This document shows, piece by piece, positions 13,560 to 21,819 of a DNA stretch of 64,000 nt (its first letter is position 1; every line of letters starts with the position of its first letter). The DNA comes from Syntrophales bacterium. GTDB lineage: Bacteria; Desulfobacterota; Syntrophia; Syntrophales; UBA2210. The notes beneath the pieces were generated by a model. The model did not search any database. It had not been told where the DNA came from and worked only from the letters and a program-made list of their open reading frames with translations. Location: contig CAXXNF010000002.1 of assembly GCA_963666365.2 (NCBI GenBank), forward strand, positions 2,304,001 through 2,368,000, written 5' to 3'. Position numbers and translations under genes: made by a program.

Positions 13560-13985
13560 TTAATCGATAACTTCAATTCCCATGGATCGTGCCGTTCCGT
13601 CTATAATCCTCATTGCACCTTCCACATCAACGGCATTCAGATCCTTATATTTGATCTCAGCAATTTCCTTAAGCTGTTTACGTGTGATTTGCCCCACCTT
13701 CTCCCTGTTTGGATCCCCTGCGCCCTTCGCGATCTTTGCTGCCTGCTTAAGCAGTACCGATGCCGGCGGGGTTTTGGTGACAAAGGTGAATGACTTATCG
13801 GCATAGACGGATATGACGACAGGAATGACCGTTCCTTCCTGATTTTGCGTCATTGCATTGTATGCCTTGCAAAACTCCATGATATTCACACCATGCTGCC
13901 CCAGAGCCGGACCGATCGGAGGTGACGGAGTCGCCTTCCCTGCCTGAATTTGGAGTTTTATTTGTGCGATAACCTTTTTTGCCAT
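13560..13985 (-). CDS. rplK: 50S ribosomal protein L11
   Basis: [26 protein letters not shown]...GTARSMGI. Confidence 0.99.
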   Translation of the reverse strand: MAKKVIAQIKLQIQAGKATPSPPIGPALGQHGVNIMEFCKAYNAMTQNQEGTVIPVVISVYADKSFTFVTKTPPASVLLKQAAKIAKGAGDPNREKVGQITRKQLKEIAEIKYKDLNAVDVEGAMRIIDGTARSMGIEVID

Positions 13986-14011
13986 CATCGTCCCCTTATG
14001 GTTTTTTCCGC

Positions 14012-14542
14012 CTAACTCTGCACAACCTGGATAAAATCAAGTTCTACAGGCGTTGATCGGCCGAATATGCTGACTATAACTCTCAATTTACCCTTTTCCT
14101 CCTTGACCTCGTCCACGACGCCGTCAAAGTTGGAAAAAGGCCCGTCTACGATCCTTACGTGATCGCCGATCTCAAATCTGAACTTCGGCTTCGGCTTTAA
14201 TGTGCCTTCGCTTATTCTCGTTTTCAGCAGTTCCACATCGGCGGTGGATATGGGCGACGGTTTGTCCTTGCTTCCGATGAATCCCGTCACCTTGGGAGTG
14301 TCCTTCACCAGATGCCAGGTGTCGTCGTTCAGCTCCATATTGATCAGCATGTAGCTTGGGAAGAACTTGCGCTTCGAAGTTTTCTTTTCGCCCCGCACCA
14401 GTTCCACGACGTCTTCTTCCGGAATCAGGATGTCACCGAAAAACTCGCCCATCTCCTGAGCGGCGATCCTCTCCTCAAGGGACTGCTTCACCCTGTTCTC
14501 AAAGCCCGAATACGTATGTATCACATACCACCGAAACGCCAT
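14012..14542 (-). CDS. nusG: Transcription termination/antitermination factor NusG
   Basis: [11 protein letters not shown]...KOW motif VRIVDGPF...[10 protein letters not shown]. Confidence 0.99.
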   Translation of the reverse strand: MAFRWYVIHTYSGFENRVKQSLEERIAAQEMGEFFGDILIPEEDVVELVRGEKKTSKRKFFPSYMLINMELNDDTWHLVKDTPKVTGFIGSKDKPSPISTADVELLKTRISEGTLKPKPKFRFEIGDHVRIVDGPFSNFDGVVDEVKEEKGKLRVIVSIFGRSTPVELDFIQVVQS

Positions 14543-14545
14543 TTC

Positions 14546-14749
14546 TTATCCCAGCACCATCTTGACCAGTTTGGTAAGACCCAGGTCCACAAACCCAAGA
14601 AACACACTCACAATAACAACGACGACGATAACCACCGACGTCGAGCCCAGCGCCTCCTTCGGCGTCGGCCACGTCACTTTTTTCAGCTCAACTTTTGCTT
14701 CTCTCAAAAACTGAACCGTTACAGCCCATGCAGCTTTCAACTTTTCCAT
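14546..14749 (-). CDS. secE: Preprotein translocase subunit SecE
   Basis: ELKKVTWP plus one TM helix; between tRNA-Trp and nusG. Confidence 0.96.
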   Translation of the reverse strand: MEKLKAAWAVTVQFLREAKVELKKVTWPTPKEALGSTSVVIVVVVIVSVFLGFVDLGLTKLVKMVLG

Positions 14750-14773
14750 ATGCCTGAATCCCAAAAAATAAAA

Positions 14774-14850
14774 TGGCAGGCCAGGAGGGACTCGAACCCC
14801 CAACATCCGGATTTGGAGTCCGGCGCTCTATCCATTAGAGCTACTGGCCT
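14774..14850 (-). tRNA. tRNA-Trp(CCA)
   Basis: Cloverleaf, TTCGA T-loop, anticodon CCA, encoded 3' CCA. Confidence 0.97.
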
Positions 14851-14865
14851 GTAGTCTGCGCATAT

Positions 14866-15015
14866 CTACTTTGTTTCTTTATGAGCCGTGTGCGTCTGGC
14901 AAAATCGGCAATATTTTTTCAACTCAAGGCGATTCTTCATCGTCCTTTTATTTTTTGTCGTCGTGTAATTTCTTCGTTTACACTCGCTGCATGCCAGCGT
15001 TATAATGTCCCTCAT
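14866..15015 (-). CDS. rpmG: 50S ribosomal protein L33 (Zn-binding CxxC/CxxC form)
   Basis: Manual translation [49 protein letters not shown]; absent from the ORF track. Confidence 0.97.
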   Translation of the reverse strand: MRDIITLACSECKRRNYTTTKNKRTMKNRLELKKYCRFCQTHTAHKETK

Positions 15016-15037
15016 CTTGAACCCACCTTTACGGAAA

Positions 15038-15113
15038 TGGAGCCCACGACCAGGATTGAACTGGTGACCTCATCCTTACCAAGGATGTGCTCTACCGACT
15101 GAGCTACGTGGGC
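15038..15113 (-). tRNA. tRNA-Thr(GGT)
   Basis: Cloverleaf, anticodon GGT, 3' CCA. Confidence 0.97.
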
Positions 15114-15183
15114 CTGCGAGCATTTCATTTCGTGCATTCACAGGGAGAAAGGCCCTCAAGGACATGCCCCCCTATCATAATAA

Positions 15184-15259
15184 TGGAGCGGGAAACGGGA
15201 TTCGAACCCGCGACCCTCAGCTTGGAAGGCTGACGCTCTAGCCACTGAGCTACTCCCGC
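15184..15259 (-). tRNA. tRNA-Gly(TCC)
   Basis: Cloverleaf, anticodon TCC, 3' CCA. Confidence 0.97.
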
Positions 15260-15290
15260 CTCTTCAGACCGCATAGAAATAACAAAAAAA

Positions 15291-15375
15291 TGGTGGAGGG
15301 GGGAGGATTCGAACCTCCGTAGGCTTCGCCGGCAGATTTACAGTCTGCTCCCTTTGGCCGCTCGGGAACCCCTCC
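15291..15375 (-). tRNA. tRNA-Tyr(GTA)
   Basis: 85 nt with long variable arm, anticodon GTA, 3' CCA. Confidence 0.97.
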
Positions 15376-15395
15376 ACTTCACTCGTATCTTCATC

Positions 15396-15471
15396 TGGAG
15401 CTGGCGATGGGATTCGAACCCGCGACCTGCTGATTACAAATCAGCTGCTCTACCAGTTGAGCTACGCCAGC
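15396..15471 (-). tRNA. tRNA-Thr(TGT)
   Basis: Cloverleaf, anticodon TGT, 3' CCA. Confidence 0.97.
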
Positions 15472-15558
15472 CCATAATACTTCAATATTACAAAGAATAC
15501 TCGACTTCACACCGAAAGCTAAAAAAAAGCGCACACAAACTAGCCAATGCAAAGCGTG

Positions 15559-15587
15559 AATCTAATTTTTCTTTTTCCTTTTGTCAA
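15559..15587 (-). promoter_or_regulatory. Sigma70 promoter for the tRNA cluster/superoperon
   Basis: TTGACA (15587-15582), 17 nt, TAGATT (15564-15559). Confidence 0.75.
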
Positions 15588-15616
15588 GGATTTTTTATCC
15601 TGTCTCAACAAAAAGA

Positions 15617-17140
15617 TTACGGCTCTTCACCAAAGATTTCCGCGGAAAAAACGAAGATCTTTGTATCTCTTTCCTTCCAGGCATCGGGAGTAAGACCGGC
15701 TTTGAAACAGGTCTGCTCCAGAAAGGTGGTCCGATCCCAGCGGTGTTCCTCAGCAACCTGCGGAAGCAGAAGCCCTGAGTGAAATCCCTTCACTATGTAA
15801 ATTCCGTCCCTTCCCACCTCTATTTCAGAAACATCCTTTATCCGGCGCAACGGCGTCAGGGCGGATATTTCAATACGAATTTCATTCAATTCGTCACTTT
15901 TAAGAGGAGGGAATCTCGGATCGTTAAAAGCGGCAGCCCGGGCCATTTCGGCAATGGTCCTGTCGAGTGGTTTTTTCGGCTCAATAAAGCCAATGCACCC
16001 CCGCAGCCGGTCTCCTTTTTTCAGTGTCACAAAAGCGCCCCTGGCAGCTTTCATAGGACCAGACCCTTCAGCCGGGGAAATCAATCTCTGCCCCTCAAGC
16101 GATCCCTCTATACTCTTTCGGGCGATTTCAATCAACTTCTTTTTTTCTTTCTCTGAAAGCCTCTCCTTCTTGCTGCTGGACGCTTGATCCTCTTTTTTCT
16201 CGTCCTTTCCTCCTTTGTAGAAGGCCACTGCGGCATATCCGACGACAGCCGCCCTGTCTCCCGTAACATCGCCGGAATTTGCGTATTTGAGCACGCAGCC
16301 GCCGCCACAGCCCAATGTTCGGGCTATCCTGAGGGCAACTCTGACAGGTCCCGCACCGCAGGCCTCAATTCTTCCCCCTTCAAGGGCGTCGTAAAAGCCA
16401 TCTACATCCATTTTTTCCATATAGGAAAGGGCCGTTGCATCCATGGAAACCGCTTCATTATAGTGGTGATAGTGTGAAAGGTCGGAGCTTGCCACCACAA
16501 GAACCCTGCGCCCCATCGAGGCCTTCACCACGGCTTCTGCAAGGGCGTCACAGGTACGACCGTCCTGCACCCCCATCAGAATGGGGACAAAAGGTGTCCC
16601 GGGGAACAGCACTTGTAGAAAGGGCGCCTGAATCTCGATTGAATTTTCCGGCAGCCCGTCATCCGGTGCAAAGCTCACCCCATCGCTCAGGGCGACAATG
16701 TGCTCTGCAAGTGCCCTGTCCAGCGCCAAAACTCCCAAAGGGGTACGATATCCATCACCATTATAGATGACCGCTCCCCGGAAACGAGCGCGATGACTTG
16801 GCCCGATGACAATAATCGATTCATAGGACGCTCCCGAGGCCGCCTTGTAGGCGTAGGCGGCAACCTGTCCCGAATAGGGGAGTCCCGCATGAGGCGATAC
16901 AATCGCCACCGGCGCCCCTTCCCGTTCAAGGGCGGGCACATTGCCCAGATAACCTTCTATCTCCGCCCGCAGCACATCCGGTTCTCCCGGATACCATGCG
17001 CCTGCAAGTTTTGCCTGCCGTGTAGTGTCTTTCATATCAACTTCCTCCCCCCTTGCGGGATAGAGTAGGCACATATGTATCATGATGACGATGCATATCC
17101 ATGTAAATGTTGAGGCTGACCCGATTCCACCGTGATTCAC
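15617..17140 (-). CDS. Fused AmmeMemoRadiSam protein B (MEMO1-like) and protein A (AMMECR1-like)
   Basis: AGAWYP, PHAGLPYSG, GPSH, ENSIE, SSDLSHY, ACGAGP, NSGD, VVGY; then GAFVTL...LRGCIG...AAFNDPRFPP...GLLLPQVA...CFKAG. Start is GTG 17140 or ATG 17035 (GGAGG Shine-Dalgarno). Confidence 0.92.
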   Translation of the reverse strand: MNHGGIGSASTFTWICIVIMIHMCLLYPARGEEVDMKDTTRQAKLAGAWYPGEPDVLRAEIEGYLGNVPALEREGAPVAIVSPHAGLPYSGQVAAYAYKAASGASYESIIVIGPSHRARFRGAVIYNGDGYRTPLGVLALDRALAEHIVALSDGVSFAPDDGLPENSIEIQAPFLQVLFPGTPFVPILMGVQDGRTCDALAEAVVKASMGRRVLVVASSDLSHYHHYNEAVSMDATALSYMEKMDVDGFYDALEGGRIEACGAGPVRVALRIARTLGCGGGCVLKYANSGDVTGDRAAVVGYAAVAFYKGGKDEKKEDQASSSKKERLSEKEKKKLIEIARKSIEGSLEGQRLISPAEGSGPMKAARGAFVTLKKGDRLRGCIGFIEPKKPLDRTIAEMARAAAFNDPRFPPLKSDELNEIRIEISALTPLRRIKDVSEIEVGRDGIYIVKGFHSGLLLPQVAEEHRWDRTTFLEQTCFKAGLTPDAWKERDTKIFVFSAEIFGEEP

Positions 17141-17395
17141 ATTACCCTGCCGATCATTATCTTGAATTATGAATTACGCTCCTGTCAAAAAGTGAATTCT
17201 ATAAAAATTTTCATCTCATTGCCACTTAAAAAATGATTGACTAATAACCCCTATAACGGTACTGTGCATTCGATTTTGCAATAGAAAGCAGTGGTGTGCA
17301 CTGCCGATGGAAAACCGGGAATGAAAAGACCTTTGCGCACTTCCCTTTCCTGTCATTCCCGAGCTTTTCTTATATAAGAACGATGGGAGGATTCC

Positions 17396-18403
17396 ATGAG
17401 CGTCAGAATCGCCATAAACGGGTTCGGAAGAGTCGGCCGGTATATAATCAGAGCCTGCGCCGGCAGAGAAGACATTGAAGTGATCGCCATAAACACGAGA
17501 GCCGATGCGCCTGTTCTGGAACATCTTTTAAAATATGACTCGGTGCACGGGATTTTCGATGTCGATGTTTCGGCACAGGGAGACGTCCTTTCGGTGGCGG
17601 ATAAAAAAATAAAGGTGACGACCACGACCGATTCCCTGGAAACACTTCCCTGGAAAGATCTGGGGATTGACATTGTGATGGAATCGACGGGAAAGTTCAG
17701 GGCCCGAAAGGATGCGGCAAAGCACCTGGACGCCGGCGCAAAGAAAGTAATTATTGCAGCGCCGGGCAAAGGGGTTGACGGCACCTTTGTCATGGGCGTG
17801 AACGAAGAATCCTATGATCCGGAACGTCACCATGTCGTTTCCAACGCATCATGCACCACCAACTGCCTGGCGCCCGTCGTGAAAACCATTCACGACCGTT
17901 TTACCATCCGCAGAGGGCTTATGACCACGGTGCATTCCTATACGATGGATCAGCGCATACTGGACGGCTCTCACAAGGATCTTCGAAGAGCCCGCGCTGC
18001 AGCCCTGTCGATCGTGCCGACCTCAACCGGTGCGGCCAAGGCAGTGACGGAAGTTATTCCGGAACTGGCAGGCAAACTCGACGGCATCGCCCTGAGGGTA
18101 CCCACGCCCAACGTATCCCTCGTCGACGTGGCGCTGGAAGTTGAAACGAAGGTGACCGTTAAGACCATCAACGGAGCATTGAAAGAGGCGTCGGAAGGGA
18201 CATTACGCAACATTCTCGCTTACAGCGACAAGGAACTTGTGTCTGTCGATTTTACCAGCAGCCCCTATTCGTCTATAGTGGACGCTCCGCTTACTCAGGT
18301 GATCGGCGACACCTTCGTCAAGGTTTTCTCATGGTATGACAATGAAAGCGGCTATGCCTGCCGCATGCGAGATCTTGCCCTCTTTATGGGAAGCAGGATG
18401 TAA
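17396..18403 (+). CDS. gap: Glyceraldehyde-3-phosphate dehydrogenase (type I)
   Basis: INGFGRVG, SNASCTTNCLAP, WYDNE. Confidence 0.99.
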   Translation: MSVRIAINGFGRVGRYIIRACAGREDIEVIAINTRADAPVLEHLLKYDSVHGIFDVDVSAQGDVLSVADKKIKVTTTTDSLETLPWKDLGIDIVMESTGKFRARKDAAKHLDAGAKKVIIAAPGKGVDGTFVMGVNEESYDPERHHVVSNASCTTNCLAPVVKTIHDRFTIRRGLMTTVHSYTMDQRILDGSHKDLRRARAAALSIVPTSTGAAKAVTEVIPELAGKLDGIALRVPTPNVSLVDVALEVETKVTVKTINGALKEASEGTLRNILAYSDKELVSVDFTSSPYSSIVDAPLTQVIGDTFVKVFSWYDNESGYACRMRDLALFMGSRM

Positions 18404-18467
18404 CGGCCTGCGTCGGCCTGAGCGCCGGCAGGCACGGCGCACGATTCATTCCGGGGGAAAATTGGCC

Positions 18468-19220
18468 ATGACAACACCGATCATTGCGGCAAACTGGAAG
18501 ATGCACAAGACAAGAGGCGATGCGATGGCCTTTGCGTCACGCCTGGTGAAGGATTGTGCAGACTGTCACGACCGACGCATCATCATCGCCCCGCCCTTCA
18601 CCGCCCTTGCGGGCGTGGCCGAAGCGCTCAAGGGATCGCCTGTCGGCCTTGCAGCCCAGAATCTCTCAGACCATGAGTCGGGCGCCTTTACCGGAGAGGT
18701 GTCGGCGCCCATGCTGTCCGATGCGGGGTGCGAATACGTCATCGTAGGCCACTCCGAAAGAAGGCGCCTCTTCGGTGAATCCAATGCACAAATTAACCGA
18801 AAGCTTATTATGGCCCTCGCCCACGGACTCACACCCCTTTTCTGCATTGGAGAAACGGAAGAGCAACGTGCATCGTCTCTCACCTTTGATACGATCACAG
18901 AACAGTTAAATGAGGGATTGATTAATATTTCCCCCAGTGATATAAGGAACGTCGTTTTCGCCTATGAGCCTCTATGGGCTATCGGTACGGGCAAGACGGC
19001 AACCCCCGGGCAGGCACAGGAAGTTCATCATTTTATTAAGGAAATGGTGGCGAATTGTTGCGGCATCGACAACAGGGAAGACATTTTGGTCATTTACGGG
19101 GGGAGCGTCAATGAGCGAACCATCGGCGAACTCATGGCCCAGGAAGACATCGACGGCGCCCTTGTGGGCGGTGCGAGTCTGGACGTGGAATCGTTTATGC
19201 GCATTATCCGGTTCCGATAA
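18468..19220 (+). CDS. tpiA: Triosephosphate isomerase
   Basis: ANWKM, GAFTGEVS, GHSERR, AYEPLWAIGTG, LVGGASL; ATG at 18468. Confidence 0.98.
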   Translation: MTTPIIAANWKMHKTRGDAMAFASRLVKDCADCHDRRIIIAPPFTALAGVAEALKGSPVGLAAQNLSDHESGAFTGEVSAPMLSDAGCEYVIVGHSERRRLFGESNAQINRKLIMALAHGLTPLFCIGETEEQRASSLTFDTITEQLNEGLINISPSDIRNVVFAYEPLWAIGTGKTATPGQAQEVHHFIKEMVANCCGIDNREDILVIYGGSVNERTIGELMAQEDIDGALVGGASLDVESFMRIIRFR

Positions 19221-19246
19221 AATCTTATAAACTAAGGAGAGCAAAC

Positions 19247-19597
19247 GTGCATTCTCTTATTACAATTATACATATTCTTGTCTGCATAGCCATGATTATG
19301 GTGGTCCTTCTGCAAACGGGGAAGGGCGCCGATATGGGCGCCGCCTTCGGCGGTTCCAGCCAGACTATCTTTGGAAGCAGCGGGCCAGGCACATTCCTCG
19401 GGAAAATGACCACGGGCATTGCAATCGTATTTATGCTGACTTCGCTCTGGCTTGCCTATTTCGCCGTCCACAAGGGCGTATCGGTGGTGGATGAGCTGCC
19501 TGTCCCGGCGGCGGAACAGACCATGCCCGCTGACCAGACCACGCCGCCTGCAGCGCCTGCTCCCGCAGAGACAGGCGAAGCAAAAACAGGCGAATAA
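19247..19597 (+). CDS. secG: Preprotein translocase subunit SecG
   Basis: VLLQTGKGADMGAAFGG, two TM helices, tpiA-secG-tRNA-Leu synteny. Confidence 0.96.
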   Translation: MHSLITIIHILVCIAMIMVVLLQTGKGADMGAAFGGSSQTIFGSSGPGTFLGKMTTGIAIVFMLTSLWLAYFAVHKGVSVVDELPVPAAEQTMPADQTTPPAAPAPAETGEAKTGE

Positions 19598-19635
19598 TTT
19601 CTTGCAGAGAAGAAGCCCAAGGGTTACTTTTTGTG

Positions 19636-19664
19636 TTGACAAAAATGGGGAAACGACATAGGTT
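19636..19664 (+). promoter_or_regulatory. Sigma70 promoter of tRNA-Leu
   Basis: TTGACA, 17 nt, TAGGTT, 10 nt upstream of the tRNA. Confidence 0.7.
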
Positions 19665-19674
19665 GCAACAAAAC

Positions 19675-19761
19675 GCCGAAGTGGTGGAAACTGGTAGACA
19701 CGCTATCTTGAGGGGGTAGTGGGCACAACCCGTCCGGGTTCAAGTCCCGGCTTCGGCACCA
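19675..19761 (+). tRNA. tRNA-Leu(GAG)
   Basis: 87 nt, long variable arm, anticodon GAG, GTTCAAGTC T-arm, 3' CCA. Confidence 0.96.
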
Positions 19762-19771
19762 TTGAGCATAG

Positions 19772-19805
19772 AGGGGTAAATCGGGAACGGTTCACCCCTT
19801 TTTTT
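19772..19805 (+). terminator. Intrinsic terminator after tRNA-Leu
   Basis: AGGGGT...ACCCCT stem followed by a T run. Confidence 0.75.
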
Positions 19806-19827
19806 ACGCTATCTCTTCATATTGTAA

Positions 19828-20034
19828 CGTCTCCATGTAGAGCAGGTTGACGAAGAAGTCATTGGTGAGCGCCTATTCCTGACTCGTGAAAACACCGTGC
19901 CGGGATCCTCCGTAGTTGGTTCCCAGCACACTTGCCGCCGACGGGAGCCGGCTGGTTAACTTTCCAGTCTTTTTTGCGGGACGAGGCGAATCCGCGCCCC
20001 GCTTGTCGCCGCCGTGCTTATCTGAACCGTGAAA
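19828..20034 (-). pseudogene. katG: Catalase-peroxidase remnant (C-terminal domain fragments, with frameshifts, a stop and an internal deletion)
   Basis: Minus strand: FHGSDKHGG/GARIRLVPQK/DWKVNQP, then VGG/[31 protein letters not shown]. Matches KatG motifs [26 protein letters not shown] and GGLRVLGANY..S.HGVFT....[12 protein letters not shown]. Confidence 0.88.
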
Positions 20035-20060
20035 TCACACCGGGGGATGAGATCAATAAA

Positions 20061-20090
20061 GCGAGGAAGAACAATATAGTTCTTCCTCGC
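20061..20090. terminator. Perfect 12-bp hairpin downstream of the binding-protein gene
   Basis: GCGAGGAAGAAC-AATATA-GTTCTTCCTCGC. Confidence 0.65.
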
Positions 20091-20157
20091 GCTCGTGCCT
20101 TTGTGGGATTTTATCCACTTATTCCGACGCGTGGATAGAACTGCCTACGTGGGTGCA

Positions 20158-21354
20158 TCAATCAAAGAGTTCTTCCCTTACATCCATAGTCTGTATTAAA
20201 ACGGGCTCACCATTCTGGATCTGATAGAGGGTGATCGGGTACAGTGTATGACGCTTCGCTCCCCATAGCTTGGAGCCACCGTATCGAAGAGTGCCGACGG
20301 GCGTATCCCAACTGATGGTTTCCAATGCTGCGGCGATCTTGACAGGATCAAAGCTCTGAGCGGTTTCGATGCCTTTGGCTAAACTGGTAGCCAGGCCATA
20401 TTGGGGCCACACAGTGTTGTCCCACGCTGCATCCCCCCATTTTGCAACGAAATTTTTGTAGACTTCCTTTTGAACGGGGGTCACCGGTTTTATCGGTCCG
20501 CCTAGAACCATATATGCCTTTTCAGAATAGTCGCCGGCAATTTTTTTCACCTGGGACGGTATGGGGCCCCAGCCCAACAAGAGCACACCTTTGTACCCAA
20601 GTTCTCTCGCCTGTTTGCAAATGAGGGCCTCCGTCGTGGGATCCGTATAACTGGTATCGATCAAATCAGGCTTTAGGGAAACTGCTTTTGTCAGCAATGG
20701 AGTAAGATCTTTGCTTCCTCGCTCAAAATAAAGTTCTGCAAGCACCTTGAAGCCTTCCAATTCGGCAGCAGCCTTCGAAGCTTTCATTCCCGACTTTCCT
20801 GTAGCGTCATCTGGATTTACAATAACTATGGATTTAATGTTTTCCGCTTTCTTCAAATAAGGAAAAATCGCAGTAGTGCTGGCTTCTATGGACGGGTTAT
20901 ATATAAACATCAATGGATTGTCCGGCGTCACTAATTTTTCCACGCCGCCGGCATTATTAAGAGTCAGAATGTTGTTTTGCTTTAACATCGGCACGCACGC
21001 TAATGCAGGAGAGCCGCCATGGATCGACAAGAATTTGCATTTATCCAAAAACAAAGCCGCGTGAGCTGCCTTAACTGCCTCAGCCGGTATGTATTTATGA
21101 TCGTATACCAGGACTTCAAATTCGTAGGTCTTCCCATTGACCTTAAATCCGCCATTTCTATTGACGGCTTCTGCATCCAAAGTAACTGCTCGAGAATTAG
21201 ACAGACCCCAAGGCGCGACGGGACCACTCAAGGCGTACACCAGACCGAGTTTGATTTTTTCCGGACCTGCAGCCTGGGCCGTGGCGCTGAAGATTACCGC
21301 ACTTATCGAAATAAACAGAACAAAAACAATAAAAGTTCCTAATTTTCTTTTCAT
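20158..21354 (-). CDS. ABC transporter substrate-binding protein, LivJ/LivK (HAAT) family
   Basis: Signal peptide (..ATAQA), IKLGLVYALSGP, NRNGGFKV, type I periplasmic binding protein pattern; divergent from livHMGF. Confidence 0.9.
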   Translation of the reverse strand: MKRKLGTFIVFVLFISISAVIFSATAQAAGPEKIKLGLVYALSGPVAPWGLSNSRAVTLDAEAVNRNGGFKVNGKTYEFEVLVYDHKYIPAEAVKAAHAALFLDKCKFLSIHGGSPALACVPMLKQNNILTLNNAGGVEKLVTPDNPLMFIYNPSIEASTTAIFPYLKKAENIKSIVIVNPDDATGKSGMKASKAAAELEGFKVLAELYFERGSKDLTPLLTKAVSLKPDLIDTSYTDPTTEALICKQARELGYKGVLLLGWGPIPSQVKKIAGDYSEKAYMVLGGPIKPVTPVQKEVYKNFVAKWGDAAWDNTVWPQYGLATSLAKGIETAQSFDPVKIAAALETISWDTPVGTLRYGGSKLWGAKRHTLYPITLYQIQNGEPVLIQTMDVREELFD

Positions 21355-21423
21355 GGCATTCCTCCTTTTTTTGTACTGCATAATTTTTAATTTTCATTTC
21401 TAAAAACCGAGTTTAATATTTTA

Positions 21424-21476
21424 TTGATAAAAAATTAATTATTTGTTATAATAGCCTTGCTGTATTTTTTTGTCAA
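21424..21476. promoter_or_regulatory. Overlapping opposed sigma70 promoters
   Basis: Plus: TTGATA (21424-29), 17 nt, TATAAT (21447-52) with a TG extension. Minus: TTGACA (21476-71), 17 nt, TATTAT (21453-48). Confidence 0.7.
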
Positions 21477-21819
21477 GACAAAAACGTGGCACGGATTGCC
21501 TTATACAGGCGCCCCGGGGTTGCTGGAACGCGAGCTGAAGGCAAATCGGCCATGCATGCAGAGTTTATTCCGGAGTTTCTGCAACAACACAAGTGCCAAC
21601 CTAACGATAGAATGGGAAACTCGGCTGGCGATACGAAATTGACCGGCGGGATGATACCTCGTAATGGTGAGAAAAATCGCTTTCTGAATTTTCAAGGGAT
21701 TGTTAAGGTCCGAGTGTTCGAATAGAAAACAGAAAAAGGGGTATCAATTATAAGTTGTGTACAAAGCTTGGTGGAAAAATGAAACGTGCTTTTAAACTCA
21801 ACACAAGAAGGAGAAGTGC

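Noticed and set aside
19..14854. Plus-strand ORFs across the ribosomal/rpo superoperon
   Set aside because: Antisense to clearly identified conserved genes
19742..19761. tRNA-Leu 3' end as attL of an integrative element
   Set aside because: I found no repeated tRNA 3' end and no integrase in the window
19841..19860. AGCAGGTTGACGAAGAAGTC as a possible IS end
   Set aside because: Explained as the reverse complement of the katG motif DFFVNLL
19873..19875. In-frame TAG in the katG fragment as pyrrolysine or readthrough
   Set aside because: Accompanied by frameshifts and a deletion, so ordinary decay
20111..20119. DnaA-box-like TTATCCACT
   Set aside because: Isolated one-mismatch site with no oriC context
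21487..21500. TGGCACGGATTGC as a sigma54 promoter for livH
   Set aside because: GG-to-GC spacing is 8 nt, not the required 10
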